Shown: positions 8,053 through 17,499, counted from the first letter of the stretch. The stretch: DNA of 34,652 bases from a virus (IMGVR_UViG_3300032272_000046:1-34652), one strand, 5' to 3'. The notes: generated by a model from the letters alone, not told the origin. Translations and numbers: made by a program.

Positions 8053-8489
8053 GTGAGCGCCCCTTGAATCAACAATCGGTACGAGCCTTCGGCGTCAACC
8101 AGTCTATTCACCTCTTTACAGGCAGTTGTAGTGCTGGATAACAGCCTGTCGTTATCAACGTCATAGGCATGACTGGCACCGATACAGCCTACGAAGTTCT
8201 CGACCTCATTGCCTCTATGGACAAACAGGCACATGTAGCGGCCATTTTCAGGCCTGCCAGGAGAGTCTTTTCGGTAGTAAACATTCAGTTCAGGGTTGAC
8301 CATCACGAAGCATTCGCCGTACTTGGCCGAGTCGTGCGGAATCAGAACGTATTCGCCAGGCGGCACACAGGATTCGAAAGGCTTGTTGTCTTCCCATCTG
8401 CGCTCGAGACTATGGAATTCTAGACCTTGCAAGCGGAAAGTGCCGTGCGTACCCTTCTTGCCGTCGTTTTGTCTAGTTAGAATGATCAT
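8049..8489 (-). CDS. DUF5675-family protein (L,D-transpeptidase-like fold), candidate endolysin
   Basis: LTR...THGTF...SLERRW..NKP..SCVPPGEY...FVHRGN....GCI motif set; next to holin-like genes. Confidence 0.75.
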   Translation of the reverse strand: MIILTRQNDGKKGTHGTFRLQGLEFHSLERRWEDNKPFESCVPPGEYVLIPHDSAKYGECFVMVNPELNVYYRKDSPGRPENGRYMCLFVHRGNEVENFVGCIGASHAYDVDNDRLLSSTTTACKEVNRLVDAEGSYRLLIQGALT

Positions 8490-8519
8490 GCACTGGCCTT
8501 TAGGTCTTGCTTCGGGCTG

Positions 8520-8548
8520 AGTTTACTTTATTTTGTTGTAGGCGGCAA
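8520..8548 (-). promoter_or_regulatory. Putative sigma70 promoter for the lysis cassette
   Basis: TTGCCG-17 nt-TAAACT on the - strand. Confidence 0.4.
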
Positions 8549-8561
8549 TTAGTTCAACTTG

Positions 8562-8589
8562 TTGACAAATTAATTGGCATTCGTAAGGT
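8562..8589 (+). promoter_or_regulatory. Putative sigma70 promoter for the lipoprotein moron
   Basis: TTGACA-16 nt-TAAGGT, 7 nt before ATG 8597. Confidence 0.55.
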
Positions 8590-8596
8590 TGTAGGT

Positions 8597-9088
8597 ATGA
8601 ATATTAAATTAATAGTTTTGGTTTTGGCGGTGGGATTGGCTGGGTGCGGGGTCGAGGATCAGTACGAACCACTGGTCGAATGGTCTGGCAGTATTACTGA
8701 GCAGTCTGACCGGTTTATCTTGCGCTATGATACTGAGCAGTTTCCTGAATCTCAAATGGCTAAGGTTGAAGGATGGTGGGTTGAAATTCAAACTTGCGCT
8801 GGTGTCAGCCTCGACATTTCTAATAGACCTTTGACTATCGAGTATCTGCCTCGCGAAGAAATGCCAAAAGGCATCGATGGTCGTATATGGACTACTGAAG
8901 GCTACTCAATCGTAGTAGATAAAGACATCAACCCGGAATACGGCGACGACAGTTACTACTATTACAAAGGATGGGTTACTCGCCACGAACTTTTACATTA
9001 CTTAACTGTATTAGTGGAAGGCCCATCAAAAGCCGATACCGAACATACCCACATATTCTGGAAACAATGTTTTCCAAATGAGTTTTAA
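8597..9088 (+). CDS. Lipoprotein with zincin HExxH motif (moron, opposite strand)
   Basis: MNIKLIVLVLAVGLAGC signal/lipobox; RHELLHY motif with downstream His residues (HTH). Confidence 0.8.
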   Translation: MNIKLIVLVLAVGLAGCGVEDQYEPLVEWSGSITEQSDRFILRYDTEQFPESQMAKVEGWWVEIQTCAGVSLDISNRPLTIEYLPREEMPKGIDGRIWTTEGYSIVVDKDINPEYGDDSYYYYKGWVTRHELLHYLTVLVEGPSKADTEHTHIFWKQCFPNEF

Positions 9089-9094
9089 AAGCTA

Positions 9095-9640
9095 TTAGGC
9101 CAGTTTAGTTGCCTTAAGGTAACTGCCTGCCTTAACTATGGTCGCGGTAGCTTCCGAAAAAGACTGAGCCCATTGTAACTTAAAAACACCGCCTGACCCT
9201 CCTGTATTAATTTCTATATCCCACCGAATCTTTCTAGCAACACCTGCCGAAACACCTATAACAGGAGGGGTGGTGGCCGAATCAACCGCGGAGACTGAGG
9301 CAGAAGCTAATCCGATCTCACTGATTATCATCACAGCAGACCAGTCTCCATCGGCTTCAATAAGGTTATGCACGAAATTACCGTTGGTTGAAGCGGAAGT
9401 AACATTTAAAAACATTTTCCCCTGGTAGGTAGAGTTAGCCTCAAGAGTCAGTTGCAGATCATCATCATCCTGTAAGACTGTGGAAGAGGACAGTGACTCA
9501 TCAGCGGCTTTGATTGCAAACAATGCATCGCTGCCAATCGCTGCCGTTAGATAATCATGCATACCCTCAAGCGCTGTTTTAAATTGCCCTTCGGTTACAG
9601 TTGGGCCGGTGAAATCTGTCTTTGCTGGTAGTGCTGTCAT
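9095..9640 (-). CDS. Short tail fibre/receptor-binding protein
   Basis: Follows the tail tip gene; N-terminal helical anchor and C-terminal beta-rich domain (LQWAQ...AGSYL). Confidence 0.6.
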   Translation of the reverse strand: MTALPAKTDFTGPTVTEGQFKTALEGMHDYLTAAIGSDALFAIKAADESLSSSTVLQDDDDLQLTLEANSTYQGKMFLNVTSASTNGNFVHNLIEADGDWSAVMIISEIGLASASVSAVDSATTPPVIGVSAGVARKIRWDIEINTGGSGGVFKLQWAQSFSEATATIVKAGSYLKATKLA

Positions 9641-9641
9641 G

Positions 9642-12407
9642 TCAGTATCCTTGGATAATTGCGTCTACTTCGCCTGCGGTAGCTACACCTGACGAATCGA
9701 AACATTGAACTAATGGCCCGCTGATAGACTTATCTATTACGCGAACCGTTCTAGCGCTGCCGCCGTCATCTTGCAGCGTTAGATTAACTACTTTTATCGT
9801 ATCGAAAGTTTTTGTCAAGCTCAACCTGGTGCCGCCCGACAATATAGAGACATCACCCAAACTTTCGTTTATATCCGGTACATCGATGTCAAATGATAAC
9901 ACACTTATCCGGCCTTCAACTTCACCTTGGCCTAAAGTGAACCTAAAATCATAAGGCTGCTTCAATACGGCCAATCTGCCAGGCCACTGTTGATAATCCG
10001 GGGGGCTTGACCACATATCGTTGGAATCACCAGACCACATCAGTGACAGGTCGTCTGCCCACATGCCGCCAGGTGCCTGAGGGCGGTATTCTATGGTATG
10101 TTTCTCAGCAACTATCGTGCGAGTAATAACCATCTCAGACCCTACCGCCACGGAAGCAGGGGTTAAAGTGCGCTCATAAATGGATTCGCTATATTGCACA
10201 GTAGCCCACTGCAGGGCATTGTCGTTTGTCCACATATTCTGTAGGCTATTTGCCCACATCAAAGGTGTTTGGCTGTCAGCTATAAAATCCCCTGACCCGC
10301 CTTCTACAGTGGCGTCTGTTAGTGTTCCAGGGAACCCGCCCGCGTGGTCATCGATCGACAGCAGTACGTTAGAGACCACGGGGTCGCCGAAATTAGTTAT
10401 GATGACTGCAGCGTTTTCGCTTTCAAGTTTAGAAGTGTCAACTGCTTTTATCATTAATGTTATAGGGCCTGACAAGCCTATTGGCAGCACGTAAGGCGTT
10501 TCTGTTAGCAGCCCTTTGTTGACATTGGCGGCGTCTCCCCAAGAGGGGTTGTCGCCGAATTGGAATCTGATTTGGTAGCCCGCCAAGTCTCTGTCAGTGA
10601 CCACGCCCCAAGTAACTCTCTGGCCGTCTATTTGAAACCACGGAACATCTGTAGGCTTCGAAGTCTTACCGATAACCGTATGCGCAGAAACAGTAGCCCA
10701 AGCCCCAGAAAACCCGCCTGAATTGCGCGCTCTTACCCGAACATCGTAATTTGAAGACTCTACCACATTCGGTATAAACAACTCGTCAGTGTTTAAAGAG
10801 TTCGGTGAACCTGCTGCCAACCAAATACTGTCAGCGGACAACTTAAACTCGACATCGTAACCATTGACAAAAATATTCGAAGGTATCGTCCATGAGGCAT
10901 GTATTTGCGGGACTAGCGTGCCGTCAGCGGCGATTTTCAAAACAGTTTCATCGCTGACCAATGTCAAACCTGTCAACGTAGGCACCGAACTCGGGTCAGG
11001 TAGATTGGTATCTGCCGCCGTATTAACTTCATTCGGCACCGACAAATCGTAAACAGTTTCTTCGTGCTCAGACAATGTAACCGAACAGTTGCCAGAACGA
11101 AGCAATGTCATTCGCGTTACACGGAACTGCTTGGCTGTCCAGCCTGGCGTAGGGTGGGTAACGGTGACTATTTCTCCGACAGTTACTTGTCTGGCCTCCG
11201 GTATAGCCACAAATGAGGTTAAAATTTGCTGGCGTGATCGGCGCAAGAATACAGAGGCCGTGTCGATCGCTCGATAAACATTCGTGGTACCCGCCAGAGA
11301 AACGGCTTTCTCCAACAGTCTGCCATCCTCAGCACGGAAAGTGGCAGACTCCACTGCAACAAAATCAGATTTGTAATCCAGGTCCTCATTAGGGAAAGTG
11401 ACTTTGACCCTGTTATACCTCGCATTAACGTCGCCGGATTTAAACGACCAGCCGCCGATCACGTTATCGATATTGAAATCAAAATAGCTTGCTCTGCCAT
11501 AATCGGCCGGCGTGTAGTGTTTCTCTATAACGAGGTGGAACACGCCGTTTATCAGCGGCAATGAGCCGCGGCATGTTTGCAGGATAGTAGTGATATTTTC
11601 CGACACCTTCCGGGCAGGGTCGATAACTAAATCGCAAGTCATACGGGTATGGCTGGGGCCGCCTGAGTACGAGGTTACCGAATCATTGCAATAGTCCCGG
11701 GCGTCTTTGAACGATTGCAGGTCGATATCAACGCCATCAACTTTGCTGAGACCCTTGCCTACTATGTCGTTGGTCAGGTACTCGAATAGAAACTCGGCAG
11801 GGTTGCTACTAGCCCGCCGAGTTTCTGTAGGCAGAACGTCTAAATCTAGTAGCTGGGTACCCACCACTTGAAAATCTACTTTGGGTATGCCTGAGAACGC
11901 TTCTTTATCCCATGTAAACCGCACTGCCATGGCAGCCGTTCCCAGCAATTTGTGGCCAGAAGTCCAGACCGCCGAAACCCCTTGCAAGGTGGTGAAAGGC
12001 TGCGACGTGTGCCCGCCTGTGGTTATCTCGTTGGCCAGCAGCCCTGTATATTTAGCGTCTGACCAGGGCAAGCCGTTTACCCGTATGCCTGTGCTGAGTA
12101 TGCTAGAGCAAGGTGTGTCGCCATCAGCTATCGCATAAACCAGCCACAGATGCTCGTTATCTGTACCTGTAACTTCAGCAAAAATTAAAGTGCCGCCCAC
12201 CCTCCGAGTGCCACAGATTAGCGGTAGATGCTCTACCGCGCCAACTTTGGTAACCAGCACCCCTTCCTGTGCTTTCTCCGGTTCTGGTATGTCAATATCG
12301 AACAGAGACTGCAGGCCTTCCTGCACGAAGTCGACTACGTCATCGACGACATCCTCAACAAAGTCGACAGCGTCATCGATAAGATCATCGACGAAATCTA
12401 TACCCAT
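9642..12407 (-). CDS. Tail tip/central fibre protein (gpJ-like host specificity protein with FN3 domains)
   Basis: LPLICGTRRVGG, SNPAEFLFEYLT...GKG, YNRVKVTF, FN3-like YDVRVRARN; position after Dit and gpL-like genes. Confidence 0.85.
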   Translation of the reverse strand: MGIDFVDDLIDDAVDFVEDVVDDVVDFVQEGLQSLFDIDIPEPEKAQEGVLVTKVGAVEHLPLICGTRRVGGTLIFAEVTGTDNEHLWLVYAIADGDTPCSSILSTGIRVNGLPWSDAKYTGLLANEITTGGHTSQPFTTLQGVSAVWTSGHKLLGTAAMAVRFTWDKEAFSGIPKVDFQVVGTQLLDLDVLPTETRRASSNPAEFLFEYLTNDIVGKGLSKVDGVDIDLQSFKDARDYCNDSVTSYSGGPSHTRMTCDLVIDPARKVSENITTILQTCRGSLPLINGVFHLVIEKHYTPADYGRASYFDFNIDNVIGGWSFKSGDVNARYNRVKVTFPNEDLDYKSDFVAVESATFRAEDGRLLEKAVSLAGTTNVYRAIDTASVFLRRSRQQILTSFVAIPEARQVTVGEIVTVTHPTPGWTAKQFRVTRMTLLRSGNCSVTLSEHEETVYDLSVPNEVNTAADTNLPDPSSVPTLTGLTLVSDETVLKIAADGTLVPQIHASWTIPSNIFVNGYDVEFKLSADSIWLAAGSPNSLNTDELFIPNVVESSNYDVRVRARNSGGFSGAWATVSAHTVIGKTSKPTDVPWFQIDGQRVTWGVVTDRDLAGYQIRFQFGDNPSWGDAANVNKGLLTETPYVLPIGLSGPITLMIKAVDTSKLESENAAVIITNFGDPVVSNVLLSIDDHAGGFPGTLTDATVEGGSGDFIADSQTPLMWANSLQNMWTNDNALQWATVQYSESIYERTLTPASVAVGSEMVITRTIVAEKHTIEYRPQAPGGMWADDLSLMWSGDSNDMWSSPPDYQQWPGRLAVLKQPYDFRFTLGQGEVEGRISVLSFDIDVPDINESLGDVSILSGGTRLSLTKTFDTIKVVNLTLQDDGGSARTVRVIDKSISGPLVQCFDSSGVATAGEVDAIIQGY

Positions 12408-12408
12408 A

Positions 12409-12831
12409 TCAGAACCTCACCAACTTCTGCCAGCTTCGCTTTTCTCCGCCGACTGTGTAGGCGTTTCTGGCTATGGCGTACTCCCGGAAGCCTAGTTTCT
12501 TGCAGAAATTTATGTAAGTCCTTAATTGGGTGGGCACGCGCGCGTACAGAGTGGCGGGGTGGCTCTCGATAAACTGCTCGGCGATCTCTGCAGCTTGCGG
12601 CTTGAAGTCCTCTGTTATCTGGAAATGCACCCGGTAACCTTGTTTATGAGGCACCATAGCGTAAACAGCAATCATTTCACCTTTCGAGAATGCCCCGTAG
12701 CAGGGTATGTCCGGCAGGGTGAATTGCTCAGGCTCAAGGCTGCCATCGATCATCATGTTTCTGTATTCTTTCGACCCGGCGATATACTTAGCGGCGGCTT
12801 CCGGGGAAATTTCTACTATATCAAATTCCAT
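12409..12831 (-). CDS. GNAT-fold protein within the tail operon
   Basis: Start MEFDIV (TGATG coupling). LYARVP...YINFCKKLGFREY resembles the GNAT motif B region. Confidence 0.6.
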   Translation of the reverse strand: MEFDIVEISPEAAAKYIAGSKEYRNMMIDGSLEPEQFTLPDIPCYGAFSKGEMIAVYAMVPHKQGYRVHFQITEDFKPQAAEIAEQFIESHPATLYARVPTQLRTYINFCKKLGFREYAIARNAYTVGGEKRSWQKLVRF

Positions 12832-13412
12832 CAAGGTCTCCCCCACCGCAGGTCAGGTGTGATCTGATGAGCGAATTCAAAACCGTAGTCGGGGCCGGTT
12901 AAGCCGCGGATAGCGATATAAGACTCCTGGTCCTGGTGGTTAGACCGGCGGCCTGCTGTCCTATCGAAATCTGCCAACACCGAAGCTGTATTCCAGGTTA
13001 GCGAAGCAGTACCGCCCGGGGTCTCCTTGAACTCATGCGACTTTATACGCCCAGAATAAATGATGATAGGCGTGTTGATTACAGCGTAGGTACCCGTATC
13101 CAACAACCCTTGATAGAGATTGACCTTTCTGTTGACGGTATCATTCAGCAAGGCGGCGGCAAGCGCAGTTTGATCCACCCCTGAAACAGTGAAACGCATG
13201 GAACTCAACTCCAAACTCTGGGTTTCTACAACGTCTCCGAAACTTTTGAACCTGGCGTCTGCCAAATAAGTATTGGAATTGAAAACGATGTCCTTGTGGG
13301 CATCGGTGAACCTTTCCGTGCCTGCGTCAAATTCAAATTCGATTAAATGGAACAGATACTGGCCATCTGTTTCTAATTCAGCGATCGAGTCAACGTGCAG
13401 TCCTCTAGACAT
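12831..13412 (-). CDS. Tail hub/minor tail protein (gpL/DUF2163-like)
   Basis: RFTDAHKDIVFNSNTY, IIYSGRI, D.GFEF...LRWGR ending; position after Dit. Confidence 0.75.
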   Translation of the reverse strand: MSRGLHVDSIAELETDGQYLFHLIEFEFDAGTERFTDAHKDIVFNSNTYLADARFKSFGDVVETQSLELSSMRFTVSGVDQTALAAALLNDTVNRKVNLYQGLLDTGTYAVINTPIIIYSGRIKSHEFKETPGGTASLTWNTASVLADFDRTAGRRSNHQDQESYIAIRGLTGPDYGFEFAHQITPDLRWGRP

Positions 13413-13413
13413 G

Positions 13414-14013
13414 TCAGATCACCTCGATCATTTCGAGGCTGAAATCGTACAGCAAAGGCCCACTGACATCGTATCCTGAGATATCCGCGGCAACCTGCAC
13501 TGTAAAAGCTACACCATTAACTGTTATCGCTTCGTTATCGCCTGGGGACTCCATCAATGGTGGGCGTATCTGAATAGTAGAATTGCCGGCGCCATCGGAA
13601 GTCGCGTCGTCAGTGACCATGTAAACTTTGTTATGGCCGGCGAATTTCAGTATGTCGCCTGTCATCAAAGTCGAGATACTGTTATCCCATCCATCCGTAA
13701 TAATTGAAGTGCCAGTTTGTGAGGCACCATTGACCAGGGGTGTGCCGGTAGCCGTGCCTCGCGGCACATCAAGATCCGGGGAAGTAAATTGAAAGGTGCC
13801 GAACTGCCCATCTTGTTTTAACAAGAAGCCGTATATAGGCATGAACTGTTCGCGGCTCATCGTCGAAGGAAACTTGGCCGACAAGCGCCAGCGCTGCGCA
13901 CCGAATTGGCGAACATTGCGCCGGCCGGAATGCGTCGAGTCTACCTGTGTCGAAGTAACGTACTCTACCCTGACTTTGGAAGGCCTCGGTGAAGTTGGAA
14001 ATGTGCCTGCCAT
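13414..14013 (-). CDS. Distal tail protein (Dit)
   Basis: Immediately after the tape measure gene; SGRR..RQFGAQRW, GDILKFAGHNKVYMV, I.PPL motifs. Confidence 0.8.
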   Translation of the reverse strand: MAGTFPTSPRPSKVRVEYVTSTQVDSTHSGRRNVRQFGAQRWRLSAKFPSTMSREQFMPIYGFLLKQDGQFGTFQFTSPDLDVPRGTATGTPLVNGASQTGTSIITDGWDNSISTLMTGDILKFAGHNKVYMVTDDATSDGAGNSTIQIRPPLMESPGDNEAITVNGVAFTVQVAADISGYDVSGPLLYDFSLEMIEVI

Positions 14014-17000
14014 TAGCTTATCGGCCCCCCGCGAACGCCGCGCTCAGTGTATGCCTCTTGGATTACCCGGGTAAGTTTACCTTTATTGCGCTCTAACATT
14101 CTATCAAAACCTTGTGCATCTGCTACATCGATTTTGAGCACAACTGTTGCAGGGGCGGAGTCTCTGCTTTGAGAAGAGTCGACAGTGTTCAATGTGCCGC
14201 CGGTATTGGTTTGGTTGAATATGGAATCAGTGGCAGAAGGTATGTCGGGCGCTGCTGGGGTGGTGGAAGTAGGTGTAGCTGCCGTACTGGCAGCGCCACT
14301 GCCGCCGCCGCCGAACGTAGCCGACCGAGCCTGGTTTAAAAGCGCTACCTGGTTCAGTAGTGCCGCCGCGCCAGACGCAATGGCAGTGTAAATGCCGCCT
14401 TGTGCTGCACCCCATGAGAACGCGCCAGACACGGCCGCGGGAGTGTCGATTAATATTTGCGCTATCCGGGCCTTTTTATTCAACTCGAATAACTTCTTAC
14501 TGGAGGCCGCACCCGCTTGCGTTAATGCTGCAAACCCGCCAGCAATAGCTGAAGCGCGAGCTACCTGGAAGCTCTGCTCTGCCCGAGCTTCAGTCTGGAA
14601 ATGGCCTACAGATAAATTCAGCCGGTCCCGAGCCGCCTGATCCTGGATCTGAGTTTTCATGTCCTGGAAAATCTGCTCGGAGGCCAGCGCTTGCGCTTGT
14701 TGGCCGTCTCTTAGGGATACTTCGAATTGGTAGGCTTGATCCAAAGCCGCCAGTTTCTCAGCTTCTTCGCGGTTTATTTTCTCTACACCGCTTTCGGCGT
14801 CTCGGCGTAAGGAGCCAAGAAAATCAATACCGCCTACCGCATCCAGAGGCTGCTGCCTGCGTTGGATGAAATCACCCTGCGCGCTTGACACAGTCTCGAA
14901 CTGAGAGCGCAGCAGATCCAGTGCCTGGGTTTGCTCGCGGACGGAATTCTTAACCGTAGCGGTCTGCTCGTTGTAAGTCTGCGTGACTTTCTCGATAGCT
15001 TTGACGTATTTTTCAGCCTCAGCTTTCTGTTCGCGGCCAACAACAAGGTTCAGGTCCCTGTATTTTTCCAGCGGGCCGATCAGGCTGTTAAATTTATCCT
15101 GAATTTCCGCCAGGCTGTTCTTACTTTTCTGGAGGCCAGCACTCAGCGCCTCGAACGGGCCGATCTGCTTCATCTTCTGCAGATGCTGTATCTGGTCAAC
15201 GGTTGCCGCGGTCGACTGGTTTTGTAATTTGATAAAATTCTTTAGCTCGCGCTGGGAACTTTTCAAGATATCAGTCGCAGGCTTGGCGATACCTAAACGG
15301 CCGATGCCAGGGTCTACGCCAGCAGCCGCGTCCGCAGCGAGGTTTTTATTTTCTGCAATGTTTCGGGCCTGCCGAGCGAATCTCTCTTGGACAGCTTGAA
15401 ATTCTTTTTCTTCGGCAGCGGCTCGTCCCAATGCTACGACGTGTGCCGCTTTGGCAGCTTCTAAAATCTTATCCTGCTTCTGACTCAATCTATCTAAGAT
15501 AAGTGCCCGCGCTTCCAGCGGGGCATTGGCCGCGGCCTCTTCAGCCGCTAATTGGGTTGCCCGCCGATCAGGGGCAGCCTGTAGAAAGTCGGCCTTGCCG
15601 CGCAGGCTCTCTGCCAAATCTGAAAGCGTGTCTGCGCCGGCCAGTTTAAAATCTCTGAGTAGCTTGGAGGCGGCTTCTAACTTACGGGCCAAGCCGTTAA
15701 ATATTTCAGAAAAGCTTTGCAGAAATATTGAAGGAAGCCCACCAATAAGCCCTTTCAAAAAGAATTTAAAATCTATCCACGCACCTTCCAGGCCGAGCAC
15801 AAAAGTTTTGTTGAGCAGCATTAATTTAGCGAATCCCACGTCCATCGTAGTAGCCATAAACCTTATGTGGGCAGGTAAGTTGACGACAACCCCTGTTATC
15901 GACTTCAGTATTCCTACATGGAAACCTAAAGCTCTATTGGCTCCCTCGGTATTAAACGCCAGTTTCAAGATATTCGGCGTCATATCAGATATTAGGTCGC
16001 CCCATTGCCTGGCGTGGAAAGCAATAGCCCTAAAAGTCTCTCCCACTTGCAGTCCTTCTTTTGTAAATCGTGTCATAGCCTTGATCAACGAAATCAGCGA
16101 ATCCTCAATCAATAAAAATGCCTCAGTCGCCTTCACCGACACTACCGATTTAAATTTTAGCCAGACATCGATCAGGTTTTCTTCCATGGCTTCGCGGGTC
16201 TTTTCTGCGGTACCTATGACGTTATTCAGTTCTTTGCGCAATTCCTTTAGACGGGAAGTGCCGCCTGCTACGCCTACCGCCAGGCTCTTCCATACAGGGA
16301 TTATGCCTGCCAACGCTCTCACGCCGAAAATTTTCTCAAGATCCTGTACGTTACCGTTATTCCGCGCAAAGTCTTCCAGAATATCTATAAGGCCGCGCAG
16401 TTGGCCGGTGGCCTGGTCTCGCGTAACAATTCCTAAATCCTTCAAAACGGCTGCGGCTTCTGCCGTCGGGCCTATCAGATTGACGTAGGCACGGCGTACA
16501 GAAGTACCCGCCTTGGAAGCTTTTACGCCTGCATTAGCCATGACGCCCAGGATCGCAGCAACGTCTTCAATTTCTGCCCCAGCAGCGCGGGCAAGCGGAG
16601 CCGCAAATGACAAAGAGCTACCAAGTTGCTGAATAGTACTGTTACTGTTAATGGCTGTGAACGCCAATACATCGGTAACCCGGGCTAAATCTTTGGCTTC
16701 TAACTGAAACCCGAACAGGGCGCTGGCCGCAATATCGGCAGCTTTTGACATATCAACTGCGCCAACTGCGGCGAGGTTCAATACTGAAGGTAGCGCTGTA
16801 GCAACCTGCGCAGTTTTTAAACCGGTTTTGGCCAGTATCGTAGAAGCGTTAGCAACTTCGGTGGTGGTGAATTTGGTGGTCTCTGCCAGATGCAGTTGTT
16901 CTCTGGATAAATCTGCCAATTCATTGCGGGTAACGCCGATGATGGCCGCTGTGGTCGTCAACGCGCGGGTGTACTCGGCACCTACCGTAACTACAGCCTT

Positions 17001-17459
17001 CATGGCTTTGACAAGCCCGAAGGTAACTGTAGCTGCCACCAGCGTAGTCGCGGAGAATATGCCGACGTGGGTGCCGAGCGCCAACATGCCTGAGCGGAGT
17101 ATCGCAGCTTTCTGGGATACGGTTAGTAAGGAATTGCCGTAGGCTTCGTTGCTGATTCGACCGGCTCTAGTTGTTGCGCGGACGTTCGCTACGCCTTGGG
17201 CCATACGCCTGGTGCTAGTCGCCGCGACAGTGTTAGTCCTCTGCCACTGGTTAGACATGTTGATCAGGTTGCGGTTGATGCCCCCGATAGCTGTCTCGAT
17301 GCGCTTTAACTGCGCAGTGCCGCCTAACCCTCCGCCCAATGCAGCCTGAAGCCTGCCGGACGCGCTGTCGGCGACTCTGGATAATTGCTCTATCCGGTTG
17401 GATAAAGCTTTTACCTCGGCTCGCGATCGCTTGGTGGTAAGGTTGATATCAAAGGACAT
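14013..17459 (-). CDS. Tail tape measure protein (TP901-type core)
   Basis: 1148 aa, Ala-rich helical; TKFTTTEVA...LAKTG, DVLA..A..SN, GVKASKAGTS motifs. Confidence 0.93.
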   Translation of the reverse strand: MSFDINLTTKRSRAEVKALSNRIEQLSRVADSASGRLQAALGGGLGGTAQLKRIETAIGGINRNLINMSNQWQRTNTVAATSTRRMAQGVANVRATTRAGRISNEAYGNSLLTVSQKAAILRSGMLALGTHVGIFSATTLVAATVTFGLVKAMKAVVTVGAEYTRALTTTAAIIGVTRNELADLSREQLHLAETTKFTTTEVANASTILAKTGLKTAQVATALPSVLNLAAVGAVDMSKAADIAASALFGFQLEAKDLARVTDVLAFTAINSNSTIQQLGSSLSFAAPLARAAGAEIEDVAAILGVMANAGVKASKAGTSVRRAYVNLIGPTAEAAAVLKDLGIVTRDQATGQLRGLIDILEDFARNNGNVQDLEKIFGVRALAGIIPVWKSLAVGVAGGTSRLKELRKELNNVIGTAEKTREAMEENLIDVWLKFKSVVSVKATEAFLLIEDSLISLIKAMTRFTKEGLQVGETFRAIAFHARQWGDLISDMTPNILKLAFNTEGANRALGFHVGILKSITGVVVNLPAHIRFMATTMDVGFAKLMLLNKTFVLGLEGAWIDFKFFLKGLIGGLPSIFLQSFSEIFNGLARKLEAASKLLRDFKLAGADTLSDLAESLRGKADFLQAAPDRRATQLAAEEAAANAPLEARALILDRLSQKQDKILEAAKAAHVVALGRAAAEEKEFQAVQERFARQARNIAENKNLAADAAAGVDPGIGRLGIAKPATDILKSSQRELKNFIKLQNQSTAATVDQIQHLQKMKQIGPFEALSAGLQKSKNSLAEIQDKFNSLIGPLEKYRDLNLVVGREQKAEAEKYVKAIEKVTQTYNEQTATVKNSVREQTQALDLLRSQFETVSSAQGDFIQRRQQPLDAVGGIDFLGSLRRDAESGVEKINREEAEKLAALDQAYQFEVSLRDGQQAQALASEQIFQDMKTQIQDQAARDRLNLSVGHFQTEARAEQSFQVARASAIAGGFAALTQAGAASSKKLFELNKKARIAQILIDTPAAVSGAFSWGAAQGGIYTAIASGAAALLNQVALLNQARSATFGGGGSGAASTAATPTSTTPAAPDIPSATDSIFNQTNTGGTLNTVDSSQSRDSAPATVVLKIDVADAQGFDRMLERNKGKLTRVIQEAYTERGVRGGPIS

Positions 17460-17499
17460 GACAGTCTCTTAACTGTAATTAGGGCCAAGTGTAATAGAT

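Noticed and set aside
8507-8596. N-terminal extension of the lipoprotein ORF
   Set aside because: This is promoter DNA; the signal peptide starts at ATG 8597.
15526-16488. 320-aa + strand ORF
   Set aside because: Antisense shadow of the tape measure gene; S/A/L-rich with no motif and no RBS.
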